A DNA stretch of 64,000 nucleotides, from assembly GCF_964213995.1 (NCBI RefSeq), contig NC_135801.1:30628001-30692000 (forward strand), read 5' to 3'. Below, one piece after another: positions 12,481 to 24,214 of the stretch; positions within the stretch are counted from its first letter, which is position 1; each line of letters starts with the position of its first letter. The translations under genes and the position numbers were made by a program. Origin of the DNA: Mustelus asterias (Eukaryota). The notes under the pieces were generated by a model, which ran no database searches, had not been told where the DNA came from, and was given only the letters and a program-made list of their open reading frames with translations.

Positions 12481-14072
12481 TTTGGCTACATGATCTTCAT
12501 TCCTGATTCTGCAATACTCACTTTCGGAAGTATAACTTTGTAAAATCTATTCTCAGATGTCCAATTTTGCATAAATATACTACGGATGCTTTTAAGTATA
12601 AGGTTTGCTCAGCAACTAACTGAAAAATTGAGATTATACATGTTTTAAGGCTTAACTGAACTCGAGAGGAAATGGAAACAATTTAGCAATCACTACAGTA
12701 CACTAATGGACTATCTATTCATGAGAACCCACATTTTTCATCAAACTAAAACTGTACTAAAGCACTTACTACTTCACCATCATCCAAGGACCATCCTTGG
12801 AAGCAAGTGGACTGGATGATGTATAGAACATCATTGGACCAGCTTCCAATTTAAAATGAGAACAGATGAAGTTTACACTGCAGAATGAAGACAAGAGAAA
12901 GTTTAAGAATCTGGTGTGTAATAATTTCATGATGGACAATCATAACCCAGAGGAGACTAATAACTATTCACCACTAGGCATAGGTGAATCAAATTTGAAG
13001 ATTTAAAGCAATCTGAAAACCTATAACTTGCTTTCGTGCACAGAAAATATCCAAGAAGGCATAGAAGCAATCAGAGAAATTTGGATATAATTTGGATTAC
13101 AAGTTATTCCTTATCTTGAAAATGAAGAATAAATGGTGCCTTCTCCACAGGCATTAGATAATGACTTTTATAACGTGCTTACCAAGTGTGTTAACTTTGC
13201 TTATGGGCAAGAAAAAAACAGCAGTGGTATTTTGACCGAACTCATATGTGCAAGAAATCGGAACTAATTTGAATCTTCTTTCACACATTCAAGCAGGTAT
13301 TTTTAAATATCAGGACACGTGACGAAAGATTAAAATATATATGAAACAAACAGCATTAGTAAATTAGCTCAAATGCAACACATCACAATAAAGACAAAAT
13401 GGCATTTTTAGGGAACTTTTTACATAAAAATACAAGGGCACGTAAATTACAGCAGTTCTGTAAACTCGTACAGATTTGTAAAAAAAAACCACATATTTTA
13501 TGTGGACTAAGAAAACTACATTACGTTCCACGAACAATTCAATGTTACTAGGTCCACACTGGATAGTTGGTTGATAACTTTCTAAAATAAATCTCCTCTG
13601 TATCTTCATTGCATTCCATGATGAAGCACTGCTTTACTAAAACCATAGACATTGAAGGCCATTGAATAGAATGTATTACACGCTCAAGTAAATAGAACTG
13701 GACAAGTATCTGGGAATAATCAGATATGCCTGAGGCTTAGACCACAGGTGAGCACTCAAGTCCATCTGTTTCAGCCTGTGGGCCCATTATGACATCCCAG
13801 AACAATCTTTCCTTTCTTCGAGATCAACTTGAGTTACGATCTTTTTACTCCCTCACTATAGCACTGGGTTACTTTCACTTGAAAGATAAGTTGTTCCTAA
13901 AAAGCCTTTTGATTGCCAAGGGAATGGTTCATCAAAATCGGTAGTACGCTGACTAATTCAATTTTTGGAATATGGCTGGAGAAGTTACAGCATGTAGGTA
14001 CTCTAAAGAGGGATGCATTTGGCCCAACATGTATTGGTCATCGGTTGTTCCTACTACAGCTCTGCACCTACA

Positions 14073-14873
14073 CAGAAAAAGTTAAGTAAAGGTCTGTGTT
14101 TGGGTTTTTTGTGGGGGTTCTCTCAATCTACTGCTACAATCAATCATTTACACCAAAGTGTAAGATTAGGCAAACCCATTGGAAATTCCCCCTGGTTCTT
14201 CAACTGACTGCGGGATGGTGCTTAAAACCTTGCAGTTGAACAATTAGCAGTGGGGCAAGTGTTTAAAGCAGGTAAGATATTGAGAATTATAAAATGCAAG
14301 TTGCAATTTAACTGCTTAGTTGAAAATAAAAATGGGAAAAGAACCTCATTTTAATATTTAACAGAACTATCACTTTGAAAAATTAGTTAGTTCCATCTCA
14401 CACAAGCTGCTGTTAAACTGTAAAGAAAACCAAAAGGTTCTCCAGCCTATAGAAAAATATACAATGTTTAAGCTTATGGCAGAGATTGACTCTTTTACAA
14501 ATATCTTATTTGTCTCCCAGAAATGCATTTCTCTCAGATTTCCATTCATGGTAAATAAATTCTGCAAGGGCTAGTTCCACCACTGGAAGGAATTAATTAA
14601 TGTTGCATCGTGATAGAAGAAAAAGTAGTATTTAAAATGCTTTTAAAAAAGTCATTCATTTTAAATGCAAGTTTTAAGTTAGCGCATTCATCTCCATGGG
14701 ACAGAAATAATTCAGGATGAGGTATTCAGTTTGGAAATTGTCAATTAATTGAGCTCTACTGATGGCAGATATTATGGTCTGGAAATTACGCGACTGGAAT
14801 AGTAATTGATCCAGAAAAAGTTAAGTAAAGGTCTGTGCTTGGATTTTTTGTGGGGGGTTCTCTCAATCTACTG
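14073..14873. repeat. About 61-bp direct repeat pair (14073-14133 and 14812-14873)
   Basis: CAGAAAAAGTTAAGTAAAGGTCTGTGYTTGGRTTTTTTGTGGGGG(G)TTCTCTCAATCTACTG occurs twice, differing by 2 substitutions and 1 indel. Confidence 0.9.
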
Positions 14874-14909
14874 GGGCCCACAAATGGGCCCACTGAAGAG
14901 GACCTGAAT

Positions 14910-15013
14910 TTTATTACTTTTGTGTGACGTTTGAATTAAAAGTGATAATGCTAATTTTTTGTTCAGTATGTTATACTGCTGAGAGGACAGGGTTGTAACA
15001 CAATCCTTTTATT
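14910..15013 (-). terminator. Candidate INTS10 polyadenylation signals (two AATAAA)
   Basis: TTTATT on the + strand at 15008-15013 and 14910-14915, about 0.6-0.7 kb past the stop codon. Actual use is unknown. Confidence 0.4.
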
Positions 15014-15593
15014 TAGACCGTCCAGCCAGAGATGGTGAGAAAGTCTCCTATTTCTGTGGCTGTAACAGACCCAGGTCAAATTAGTTTGGAAAACGTCAGC
15101 TCAGCTTCTGATTGGTGCAAGATCCACATCACCAAAATCGCCATACAAATATTTGACCATCTCAGGTTCCCACAAGAACTTGGTGTAACAAATCAGCTAG
15201 TGCAGATTTGTGCAGTATTAAAGCACATTGTTGGGCTAAGAGTACAGGGAGATATTTTTCTCTACACAACTGGCTAAAGCCTTGTCTGCCTGCTCACAAT
15301 ATTCGAAGCTGACAAAAATGACAAAAAAGGAAAATGATTCTAATCTTTTAGCACTGGAATCTCTGGTCTTAATGAATGCAAATATTCATCAAAACTGGAT
15401 TACTTAAGGCATCGATGTTAGTGATTTTTCAGTGGCATTGGAGCGCATCCTTTCACGTCTGTTTTGAGTTCCATTGAGATAGACTCTAAAATCCAATAAC
15501 AAACTTTACCATGCACATGATAGGAGCAGTGCACTTCAGCAGATTGACACAATCTTCCGTAAATTCTAAAAGGAAAATGCTTGCATGTGTCTG

Positions 15594-15750
15594 TCACATC
15601 AGAGTCTGAAGCAATATGATCTTCTCATTAATGCAAAATCTATGCAACACCACCATTAGATTTTCCCCACAGCGGGAAACCTGCCGTTCCATGGCTAATC
15701 GGAAATCTTCTTTCACTCCTTTCGTAATACCTCGGGTTACAGTGTGATGT
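15594..15750 (-). CDS. INTS10: INTS10 terminal coding exon with stop codon
   Basis: tttgtgttgcag|A CAT CAC...[60 protein letters not shown], the conserved INTS10 C-terminus. Confidence 0.97.
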
Positions 15751-16456
15751 CTGCAACACAAATTAAAAAAGCAAATTATCCATCTGGCTACACATTCCTG
15801 TCAACTGTAAATAACTTTTCATCCTTTGGCAATATCCTACCATAAGAAAATTTCAAGTTATTAAAATTTAACTTACTAGAGATTAATAATATTTAAATAT
15901 ATAATGTATGCATAGGAAGATCATCAGTATTTGAAATAATGTTTTAAATTCATTGAATTATTCGATCGAAATACATTTCCATTTATCTAGCCAAATTCCC
16001 AAATTTGTGATTAAATTATTTTGCACTAATTATATAAAAGTTGATTGGTGAATAGTTAAGGACATTTTGAAAAACAATGATTTATGACCCACATGCTTTC
16101 TAACTAAAGCATGCAAATTTGTTGGTTGATTTTAAAAAAAAATAAAAGCAATGGTGCAAATACATTGGAATGGATAACATTGTCGTTATTGTGATAAATG
16201 CTCCCTTGCTGCACTCATTTCATAATAACTTCCAAAATATAGTCAGAGACATCCCTTCAAAAAAAAAGTATTGAAATAATCTCATGGCAAAGTTTGCATT
16301 TTGTGAAGTACAATATACTAAAATGATCACTGTATGGCATGACGCTTAAATCATGGATTGTGTAAACAAAAAATAAAGACATTTTTTAAAATATTTAAAA
16401 ACCCATGGGTTAACATGGTGACAAACACAGCACATGACGAACAGGTCGTGTGGTAC

Positions 16457-16528
16457 CTGTCAGCTGTCTGACTGCTGGGCTGCAGTTTGAACTCCTGCGG
16501 AAGAACCCCCAGTGGAGGGCTAGAATTC
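16457..16528 (-). CDS. INTS10: Probable alternative cassette exon of INTS10, 72 nt, phase 2-2
   Basis: gttttcaag|G AAT TCT AGC...GCT GAC AG|gtacca. A GC-richer island in AT-rich intron with an open frame: (K)NSSPPLGVLPQEFKLQPSSQTAD(R). Confidence 0.75.
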
Positions 16529-17540
16529 CTTGAAAACAGTAAACATCAACAATACATTCAACACTCACACATATTCACCAATAGCACAAAACTTCTACCT
16601 GTTGCCAACAGGAAAAAGATAACTGGAAGGAATTGAACAGAGTACATAATAACTTTCAAATTCATAATTTACTACATGCACAAACTACATAGGCTTTTCA
16701 TTAGTTAAAACATGCAACATAATAAAACGCAAGACGTGCACACCTTTTGAATCACTGGTTTAAAAAAAAAACAGGCGCAGTGAAATTAGGAACTAATGTT
16801 TTTACAGCAGAGAAAATGCGTGCAGGATTTCATCATCATATCTGCTTAAGGTCAAGAAGTCCGATTTTCCCCTTACAGCCTCACCAGGCCATGCATCTCA
16901 CGTGACAGTAAAGACAGATGACTTTATCTCAAACTTCCATCAATGCGCTTTTATTGGCAATTCTTGCCACATTTGCCTGTTTGCTGATTTGCTTTTTCTC
17001 CCAATTACATTTATTACAGTTAATAAAAGGTTTCACCAATGTAGACACATAACTGGAAGCTTGGGAGTACATGACTTCATAGCTCATTTTCTACAAGACC
17101 ATGCATGCATAACGGCCCTTGGAAAAGAAAACTGAAAAGATGTGATAACATGCCAAGTTTTATAAAGAATGGCCAAAGTGGAAATACTTCTTTATTCAAA
17201 TCAGAAACAATCTTTCCTTTTTTAGGATCAGAAGCAGCACTCTAGACTGCCAGAATTAATGTAATAATGGGGAAAAGTACAATACAATGGCAAGTTGGTA
17301 AGATCATCAAATTCAAGGACACAGCACTATAAAACCTACAGATCCTTAACACCTACGACCCCCCTCTCCACTACTAAAACATTTTAATGTCATATTAATT
17401 GGCATGCAGGCCACACTTTTTAAAAGAAAGCAAAAGAAAAGGTTTAACTTTGGGTGATTTTAATAAATCAATAATTTCTGATAGGACACACTAGTTTTCA
17501 GTGCAGCATGAATACATGTCAATGATTTGTTGAAGACTAC

Positions 17541-17660
17541 GGGAGGAATTTTCCCTATCCTCCTGCCACAGGAATTGCAGCGGGCAGTCCATCCAAAGGT
17601 CTGTTGGCCTCGAGCAGGATTTTCCGGCTTTGGGACGAGCACAGTTGGAAAATCCCACCC
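17541..17660. mobile_element. Small MITE-like element
   Basis: Imperfect terminal inverted repeats GGGAGGAATTTTCC...GGAAAATCCCACCC around a GC-rich 120-bp body. Confidence 0.55.
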
Positions 17661-17899
17661 TATATCTCAATCTAGAGTAAGAATAATTAATTAGTGGAGA
17701 GCCATCTTCAACGGGGTGAGAATGCTTCCAATTTATCTGGGTTGGATCCAACATTTGGCAGGCAAAGTTATAACTGAACAGAGAGTTGCCTTTAAAGAGA
17801 TAGTTCAGATGTAGTCAAGGTACATTTCCATGCGGGGAAGAGGTAGAGCAAACAAATCCAGAGCTCTCTGAGTTAGAGCATAAAATGAAACAGCAAAAA

Positions 17900-18525
17900 G
17901 TGTGCATATAACAGATTTCAGTTGGATAATCTAACTGAGAATTATGCTTAATATAGAAGGTTTGGAAGGGAATAAAAAAACCAAATAAGAGTAGCAAACA
18001 GCGGGTGGGGAAGAGACTGATGGTGAACATAAAAAGCAATCTAAAAATCTTCTATAGGTATATAAATAGAAAAATTGGGCATTAAAAGGATTGGGGATAG
18101 TTAGGGAACAAAAAGGGGATTTGCACTTGGAAGCAAGGAGCATGGCTGAAACACTAAATTAATACTTTGCATCTGTCTTTACCAAGGAAGGAGATGCGAG
18201 CCAGGTCATGGTGAAAGAGGAGATAGTTCAGACACTTGTTTAGTTTAAGATTGATAAGGAGGTGGTATTGGATAGACAGGACCGGATGAGATGCATCCAA
18301 GCATACTTAAATGTAGGGATGCTACTAGAGAACTGGAGAATTGCAAATGTTGTTCAAAAGAGGATGGAACGGTAAGTGTAGCAAATACAGGCTAGTCAGT
18401 TTAACTATGGTGGCAGGAAAGCTTTTAGCAACAATGATTTGGGACAAAACTAATAGCCACTTGGACCAATATGGGTTGATTAAGGAAAGACAGCACAGAT
18501 TTGTTACGGGCAAATCATGTTGAAC
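17900..18525 (+). mobile_element. Decayed CR1 ORF2 internal fragment
   Basis: YRLVSLTMVAGKLL...QHRFVTGKSC in ORF 18341..18523. Confidence 0.8.
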
Positions 18526-18529
18526 TAAA

Positions 18530-18726
18530 AGTAAAATACCGTAGATGCTGAAGATCTGAAATAAAAACAGAAAATGCTAGAAAAACTCAGCAGGTCTGGC
18601 AGCAGCTGTGGGGAGAGAAACAGAGTTAATGTTTCAAGTCCCATATGAGTCTCCTTCAGAACCGAACTTCTTCCAAAGTGTCATATTGAACTTAAAATGT
18701 TAACTCTGTTTCTCTCTCCACAGATG
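18530..18726. mobile_element. Penelope-like terminal-repeat remnant in inverted arrangement
   Basis: GAGAGAAACAGAGTTAAT...TTAACTCTGTTTCTCTCTCCACAGATG inverted pair. The same tail family occurs at about 20190-20295, 28530-28625 and 52105-52244. Confidence 0.65.
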
Positions 18727-18789
18727 GAAACACAGCGAGTGGAATTTACTGTCTGAGAATACATTCAATTGTGACATTCAAAACACAAA

Positions 18790-19095
18790 GGAGCAGCATG
18801 GTATCATAGTGGTTAGCACTACTGCCTCACAGCGTCTGGGACCCAGGATCAATTCCAGCCTTGGGTGACTGTGTGGAATTTGCATGTTCTTCCATATCTG
18901 TGTGGGTTTCCTTCCACAATCCAAAGATACGCAGGTTAGATAGACTGGCCACGGTAAATTGCCCCTTAGTGCCTAGCTTAGGTGGATTAGCCATGGTAAA
19001 TGCACGAGGTTGCAGGGATAGGGGAGGGGGAGTGGGTCTGGGTAAGATGCTCTTCAGAGAGTTAGTGCCGACTTGATAGGTTAAAGGCCTCCTCA
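18790..19095 (+). mobile_element. HE1-family SINE (diverged)
   Basis: Head GTGGTTAGCACTACTGCCTCACAGCG plus V-SINE core. Confidence 0.85.
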
Positions 19096-19389
19096 TGATT
19101 CAAAAAGGAATGGGATCAATATCTGAAAAAGGAAGGTTTAGAGGACTAAGAGGACATGGATACGACAGGTATCGACAGATATCCTTCAGGGAAGGAAATC
19201 TGCGATCCTCACCCAGTCTGGCCTACATGCGATTCCAGAGCCACAGCAATGTGGTTGACTCTCAACTGCCCAAAGGCAACTAGGGATGGGCAATAAATGC
19301 TGGCCAGCCAATGACGCCCATGTCCCACGAATGAATAAAAAAAGGTCTCTTTCCATGCTGTAACCAGTCTACGATTCTATATACCAGTA

Positions 19390-20295
19390 ATGCCAGTGCT
19401 AGCTCCATATTACAACTACTTGTCCGGCCCATCTCCCATGTGCCGGCCCTCACCCCTTCCCTTCCCCTCCCTCCCAGAACCAGGATAGGGTCTCCTTGCC
19501 CTCACTTTCCACCTCACTGGCCTCTGCATGCAAAGGATCTGCCAGTTCTGCCAGCTCCAGCACGGTTCCACCATGAAACACATCTTCCCCTCACCCCAGT
19601 GGCAGCATTCCATAGGGACCACTCCCACCGTGACACCCTGGTCCGCACCTCAATCACACCCGACTCCTATCCCCTTCCCACGCAATCACAGAAGGTGCAA
19701 CACCTGCCCCTTTACCTTCTCACTGTTTAAGGCCCCAAATACTCTTTTCAGGTTAAACAGCATTTCACTTGCACTTCCTTCAATTTGGTTTATTGTATTT
19801 GCTGCTCCAAATGCAGTCTCCTCTACAATGGGGAGACTAAATGCACACTGCGCGACTGCGTTGCGGAACCACCTTCACTCAGTCCGCAAGCATGACTGCA
19901 ACCTTCCTGTTGCTAGCCATTTTAACTCAGCACCTTGTTCTCAAGTCCACATGTCCGTCCTTGGTCTGCTGCAATGCTCCAGTGAAGCCCAGCACAGGCT
20001 GGAGGAGCAGCATCTCATCTTAAACCTCCCACTTTTTTTTCATATTCCATATATGCACGGTCTTAATACAAACACTTCCTCCCCCTCTCGCACCAGCCCA
20101 TCTGTTGTTTGCACTTAAAGTTGCTACTTTTTGTTGTAGTTTCTATAGCTCTAACACATTCTCCCTTCCTTTCGATTCTGACAAAAAGTTAACTGTTTCT
20201 CGCCTGATAGATGCTGGCAGACTTGCCGAGTTTTTCCAGCATCCTCTGGCCTGGTTTCAGATTTTAGCATCCGTAGCATTTTCCTTATTTCAGTA
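19390..20295 (+). mobile_element. Penelope-like element 3' fragment (GIY-YIG region and tail)
   Basis: ORF 19528..20118 contains CNTCPF and HLHSVRKHDCNLPVASHFNS...RLEEQHLI, typical of a PLE endonuclease C-terminus; frameshifted. Confidence 0.8.
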
Positions 20296-21321
20296 GATAC
20301 TTTAATCCCCTTTTAACTTTTTTTCCCCCCCATGTTTATCCAAGAGTTCAGAAAATATCTCGTTTTTGGGGGAAATTGTAACATCTAGAGTAGCTAAATG
20401 CATCATTTAGAGATTCAGCTCTTGAAAAGTGGATAAATAAATAAAACTGTAAAACATTTTTTACATTAAAGTGTCTATTTTGTATAACAGGCCAAGATTT
20501 TTTTTTTGATTTTAATCTGTCCAATATAAATTCCAAATCTTTCTGTAATATAGGAGGGGAAATTATTTCCAATTAGTTCAATCATAGCTCCTGACTTCTT
20601 TGCCAGTTAAAATACATCAGCAACATGTGTATTACAAATGTTGATTAAATCTAATTTCTCAAAAAATAGTGCTGTTCGGTTTACACAGTCCAGCTAGCTA
20701 CTTGAACTGCCCAAATGTGAAAATGAAACAGTAGGTTAGCACAACTGGCCACAACAGAAAGATGTTTTTAATAAGACAATTATTTTCCACATAAGAACAA
20801 TTCCTCAAGTTCCCCATTGACTAAAACAATTTCTCAGCAGGAAAGTTAATTATTGAAGTGTTGTTTATCTCGGAAATTCTCAGAAGAAAAGATAATTTAG
20901 CGATCGAGAAAACTGGACCTTACCTGCAATTCCAAAGATTCTTGGTTCCAGTAATCATTATTATAATACACACACTCATGCGCACGCATACATCCACACA
21001 CAAATCTATTGTACTTTACCATGGCATTTAAATAGAGTTCTACCTCAGTTGTTAGTATCTGAGTCAGTGGGACAATAATGAGAAACAATGTAAAGGAGTG
21101 GGGGAAAATCGTTTTTTTTTTCTTTTTCGTCTCTTATTACCTCCTCCCATTTTAAAAATGTGATGCCTTACTGAAACCAGGCAAAAGGAGTGCTAATTGA
21201 TCTCCCTCCAATGCAAGTCGACCCCAATGATGGCCACCAATACACTGGTCCACATGTGCGCAGAAAACCAATAACACTGCATCCAGTGTACAGCCTTGAA
21301 TTATGGCCATAGTGCAGAAAG

Positions 21322-21492
21322 AAGTTTAACAACACCAGGTTAAAGTCCAACAGGTTTATTTGGTAGCAAAAGCCACACAAGCTTTCGAGAGCTTGTGTGG
21401 CTTTTGCTACCAAATAAACCTGTTGGACTTTAACCTGGTGTTGTTAAACTTCTTACTGTGTTTACCCCAGTCCAACGCCGGCATCTCCACAT
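21322..21492. mobile_element. Palindromic Penelope-derived mini-element with 14-bp target-site duplication
   Basis: About 65-bp inverted arms centred on GCTTTCGAGAGC. CATAGTGCAGAAAG is duplicated at 21308-21321 and 21493-21506. Confidence 0.85.
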
Positions 21493-22494
21493 CATAGTGC
21501 AGAAAGCAGGAGCAAGAGAGACAGTGTGGATTTATTGTATATTCTAAATATTTGAATATACTGTACCAGGATGATTAAAGTTTCACCTTGTCACTTTTAA
21601 CAAGAAAGAAAAGAGGCATTTTGGAGTTTGTGAAGGAAAATAACCCTGCTCTTTGCTTGCTTTTTATTTATCAGCCTTTTGTGATGCATAAGAGGGCAGC
21701 TCATTACTGCTGTCGAGAATCCGATGAAAACAAGGGAACTGTATGAACTTTTGAACCAAGGTTAGACAACTTCAATTTGATGGCTGTTTCACTGAAAAAC
21801 AGTGTGGTGTACACAAACATCACCAGCAAATGGAGCCCATCATTCACAATGATGTTATGCCAGTATAACTACTGCATTGACAGCAAACGCAACCCATCAA
21901 AAATATTTTCATTCCACCATCAGATGCCTATTCAACAACAGGCAGAAACACAATCAAACCTAATCTTGCACTCATCTGATGTCCATGTGTACACTTTCAG
22001 TGGAAGTACTGGATAGTGATCAGAACTGACAACCTTGGTCAAGTGTCCCCTCCCTAATCCAAGTACATTGTGACAAACTAGAAGTACAAAACCTGGATTT
22101 TCCAGATCCGGATGGTAACAATAATCACTGGATAAACATAATTAACCATCCAGAGATTTTAAAACCATCACTAAATTGAGCAAAAGAAAAACAACTTAAC
22201 TGATGTTTAAAAGAAACTTTAAAATCTAACTGTTCCAAGGACATTCAAAATCTGAAAAACTTAAATGCTTAAAGAAATGTTAATTATTCACTAATCTCCC
22301 AAGATACTTCAAACTACTGTTGGCCTTCTCAGAGATTTAACACCTTCCAGCATCTTTTTCCCTTAGCAATTGCAACACATATTCCTTGTAACATGCTGTA
22401 ACAAAGCAAGGAGCAACATGAGCTACTCAAACAACGAAATTCCAATATGAGTCACAGTATGCACCAATAATCATTTTACAAGCTTAGTACTCAC

Positions 22495-22588
22495 TTTATT
22501 AGAAGACCTTGATTTGGCAAGAGCTCTAGATGAATTTTACCACCTTCTGTAGTTCTGAGATAAGCAAATTCTTCCAACATGTCAATGT
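22495..22588 (-). CDS. INTS10: INTS10 coding exon (probably exon 16), 94 nt
   Basis: ctgtcg|AC ATT GAC ATG...CTA ATA AA|gtgagt. (N)[30 protein letters not shown](K). The exact 5' edge depends on a non-canonical acceptor. Confidence 0.93.
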
Positions 22589-24051
22589 CGACAGATGTGA
22601 TTAAGGACAAGTTGACTATTGTTATTTTAGTACAACACTATTAGTTCAGTTTTAATAAATTCACAAAAGGTGCAGAATGTATTCTTCTACCACCAATCTG
22701 GGAGCACATTCAGAATTCAATCTCATCTGATTAATTTATTCCGATGCAAGAATATCACGTCTTGTACAACTCTTGAGGTATAAACAAACTACACAGAATT
22801 ACAGCGAACATACAACATAGAAGGGGTCACTCAGCCGCAGTGATATTTATGCTCCACGTGAATCTCCTCCTATTTCATCTATAATCACCTTAGCTTTACA
22901 GCATATTTTTCTACCCCCTTTTCTCTCATGTACTCTAATTGGTAGAAGTTATAGCTAGATTACAAAATGTTACTTCAGTACAGAGATATTCCATTTTAAG
23001 AGCGTTCTAATAATGCATTTTCGTTTTAATGCGATGCGAAAAGTAAGCATATACTTGGATACTGCTGCCTCCATTTTCACTTGTGTGGTTACTGCACATG
23101 GGCCCAGAACTGCATTGTAACTATGCATGTTCTGTCACAGACTACAGTAACATACTGGAGCCAAATGAATGCACAATTCAGTATTTTTCTTTTCAGTTCT
23201 TGGTGTGCTTCACCTGAAGTTCAAGATACGAGATCTGACTTTAGTCTGTTGAAAATACAAATTGCAGCACAATCAACGCTGAAGTCACACTCAAACTGGA
23301 ATGATTTCAGTGGCACCAGGGCTCCCTTAACTAACTGTTCAAATAAGGCAAGAAAGTTTGTTTCAAGTTAAAGAATTAGACATGCGCACAGCCAGAGGGA
23401 ATGTACAGATATTATAGTACAATATCCAATTAAATGCTTTTTAACATAGTAGAAACAAATGCTGTAACAACAGAATAACACAGAAGTTCATTAACACAGG
23501 TGTTATTGACCTCCAAATACTTTTACACACTTCATTTGATACTAAATCTAAAGGGGATAGACACTTCGGTTTCTGATCTCTTGAACTCCTGATTTCTGAG
23601 CATAACAGTTGAAAATAACAGATATATATGAAGCTCCAAATGCTTTTCAACTAATTAAGTTTAAGCACTGTCGTGAGTGTGCCAGAAGCTACCAGTCAAT
23701 TTGTGCAGTCAGATTACACCGGCAGCAAATAAAGTTGAAAGGCAAATTCATCAGTTCTGCTGGTGTGGAGTAATGTTGGCCGACACACCATTAGAAACGG
23801 CCTGTTCTTCACAGTGCAGACACATTCTTTATACCCACCTGGTCGACCAGACAGGACCTGAATTTAGCATCCAATTCAAAAATGGCCCCTCCACCAATAC
23901 AGCAGTCTCTCAATACTGCAACAAAGTGAAGTCTTTGGAACAGAATTTGAATCCATTACCTTCTGACATCAAACTCACAAATAAAGGTGATTAATAAACA
24001 GGATGGCATCTTAGAACTTCCGAGCAAACAATAAAAAAGGTAAAAGGATAC
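22589..24051 (-). other. INTS10: U12-type (minor spliceosome) intron of INTS10, apparent GT-CG termini
   Basis: 5' splice site GTATCCTTTT. Branch box TCCTTAAT at 22607-22600, with the branch A 12 nt before the intron end. No polypyrimidine tract and no AG between branch box and exon. Confidence 0.88.
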
Positions 24052-24214
24052 TCGTGACATAATTGAAGAAGTTTTCATACTGAAATGATCCTTGCTGACA
24101 GATTTTATCAACTGCTTTGAGAAACAGGTTCTCTCCACGAGGCCAGTCCAGCTGGAGCAGTACAATCACGTGACCTAAAGCTAGATCATCTCGTATGTCT
24201 GTGAAGGCTCTCAA
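24052..24214 (-). CDS. INTS10: INTS10 coding exon (probably exon 15), 163 nt, ending at a U12-type donor
   Basis: tag|TTG AGA GCC...GTC ACG A|gtatcctttt. [54 protein letters not shown]. Confidence 0.96.

Noticed and set aside
1-15500. A second host gene downstream of INTS10 (LPL is the neighbour in human)
   Set aside because: I found no exon with recognisable protein similarity; the ORFs here are short, repeat-derived or unrecognisable.
20916-20930. Strong minus-strand donor CAG|GTAAGG
   Set aside because: No convincing partner acceptor or conserved coding frame.
23214-23245. 32-nt segment with a CAG acceptor and GTGAAG donor inside the U12 intron
   Set aside because: Weak donor, frameshifting, and U2-type sites are incompatible with the flanking U12 sites; no support without RNA data.
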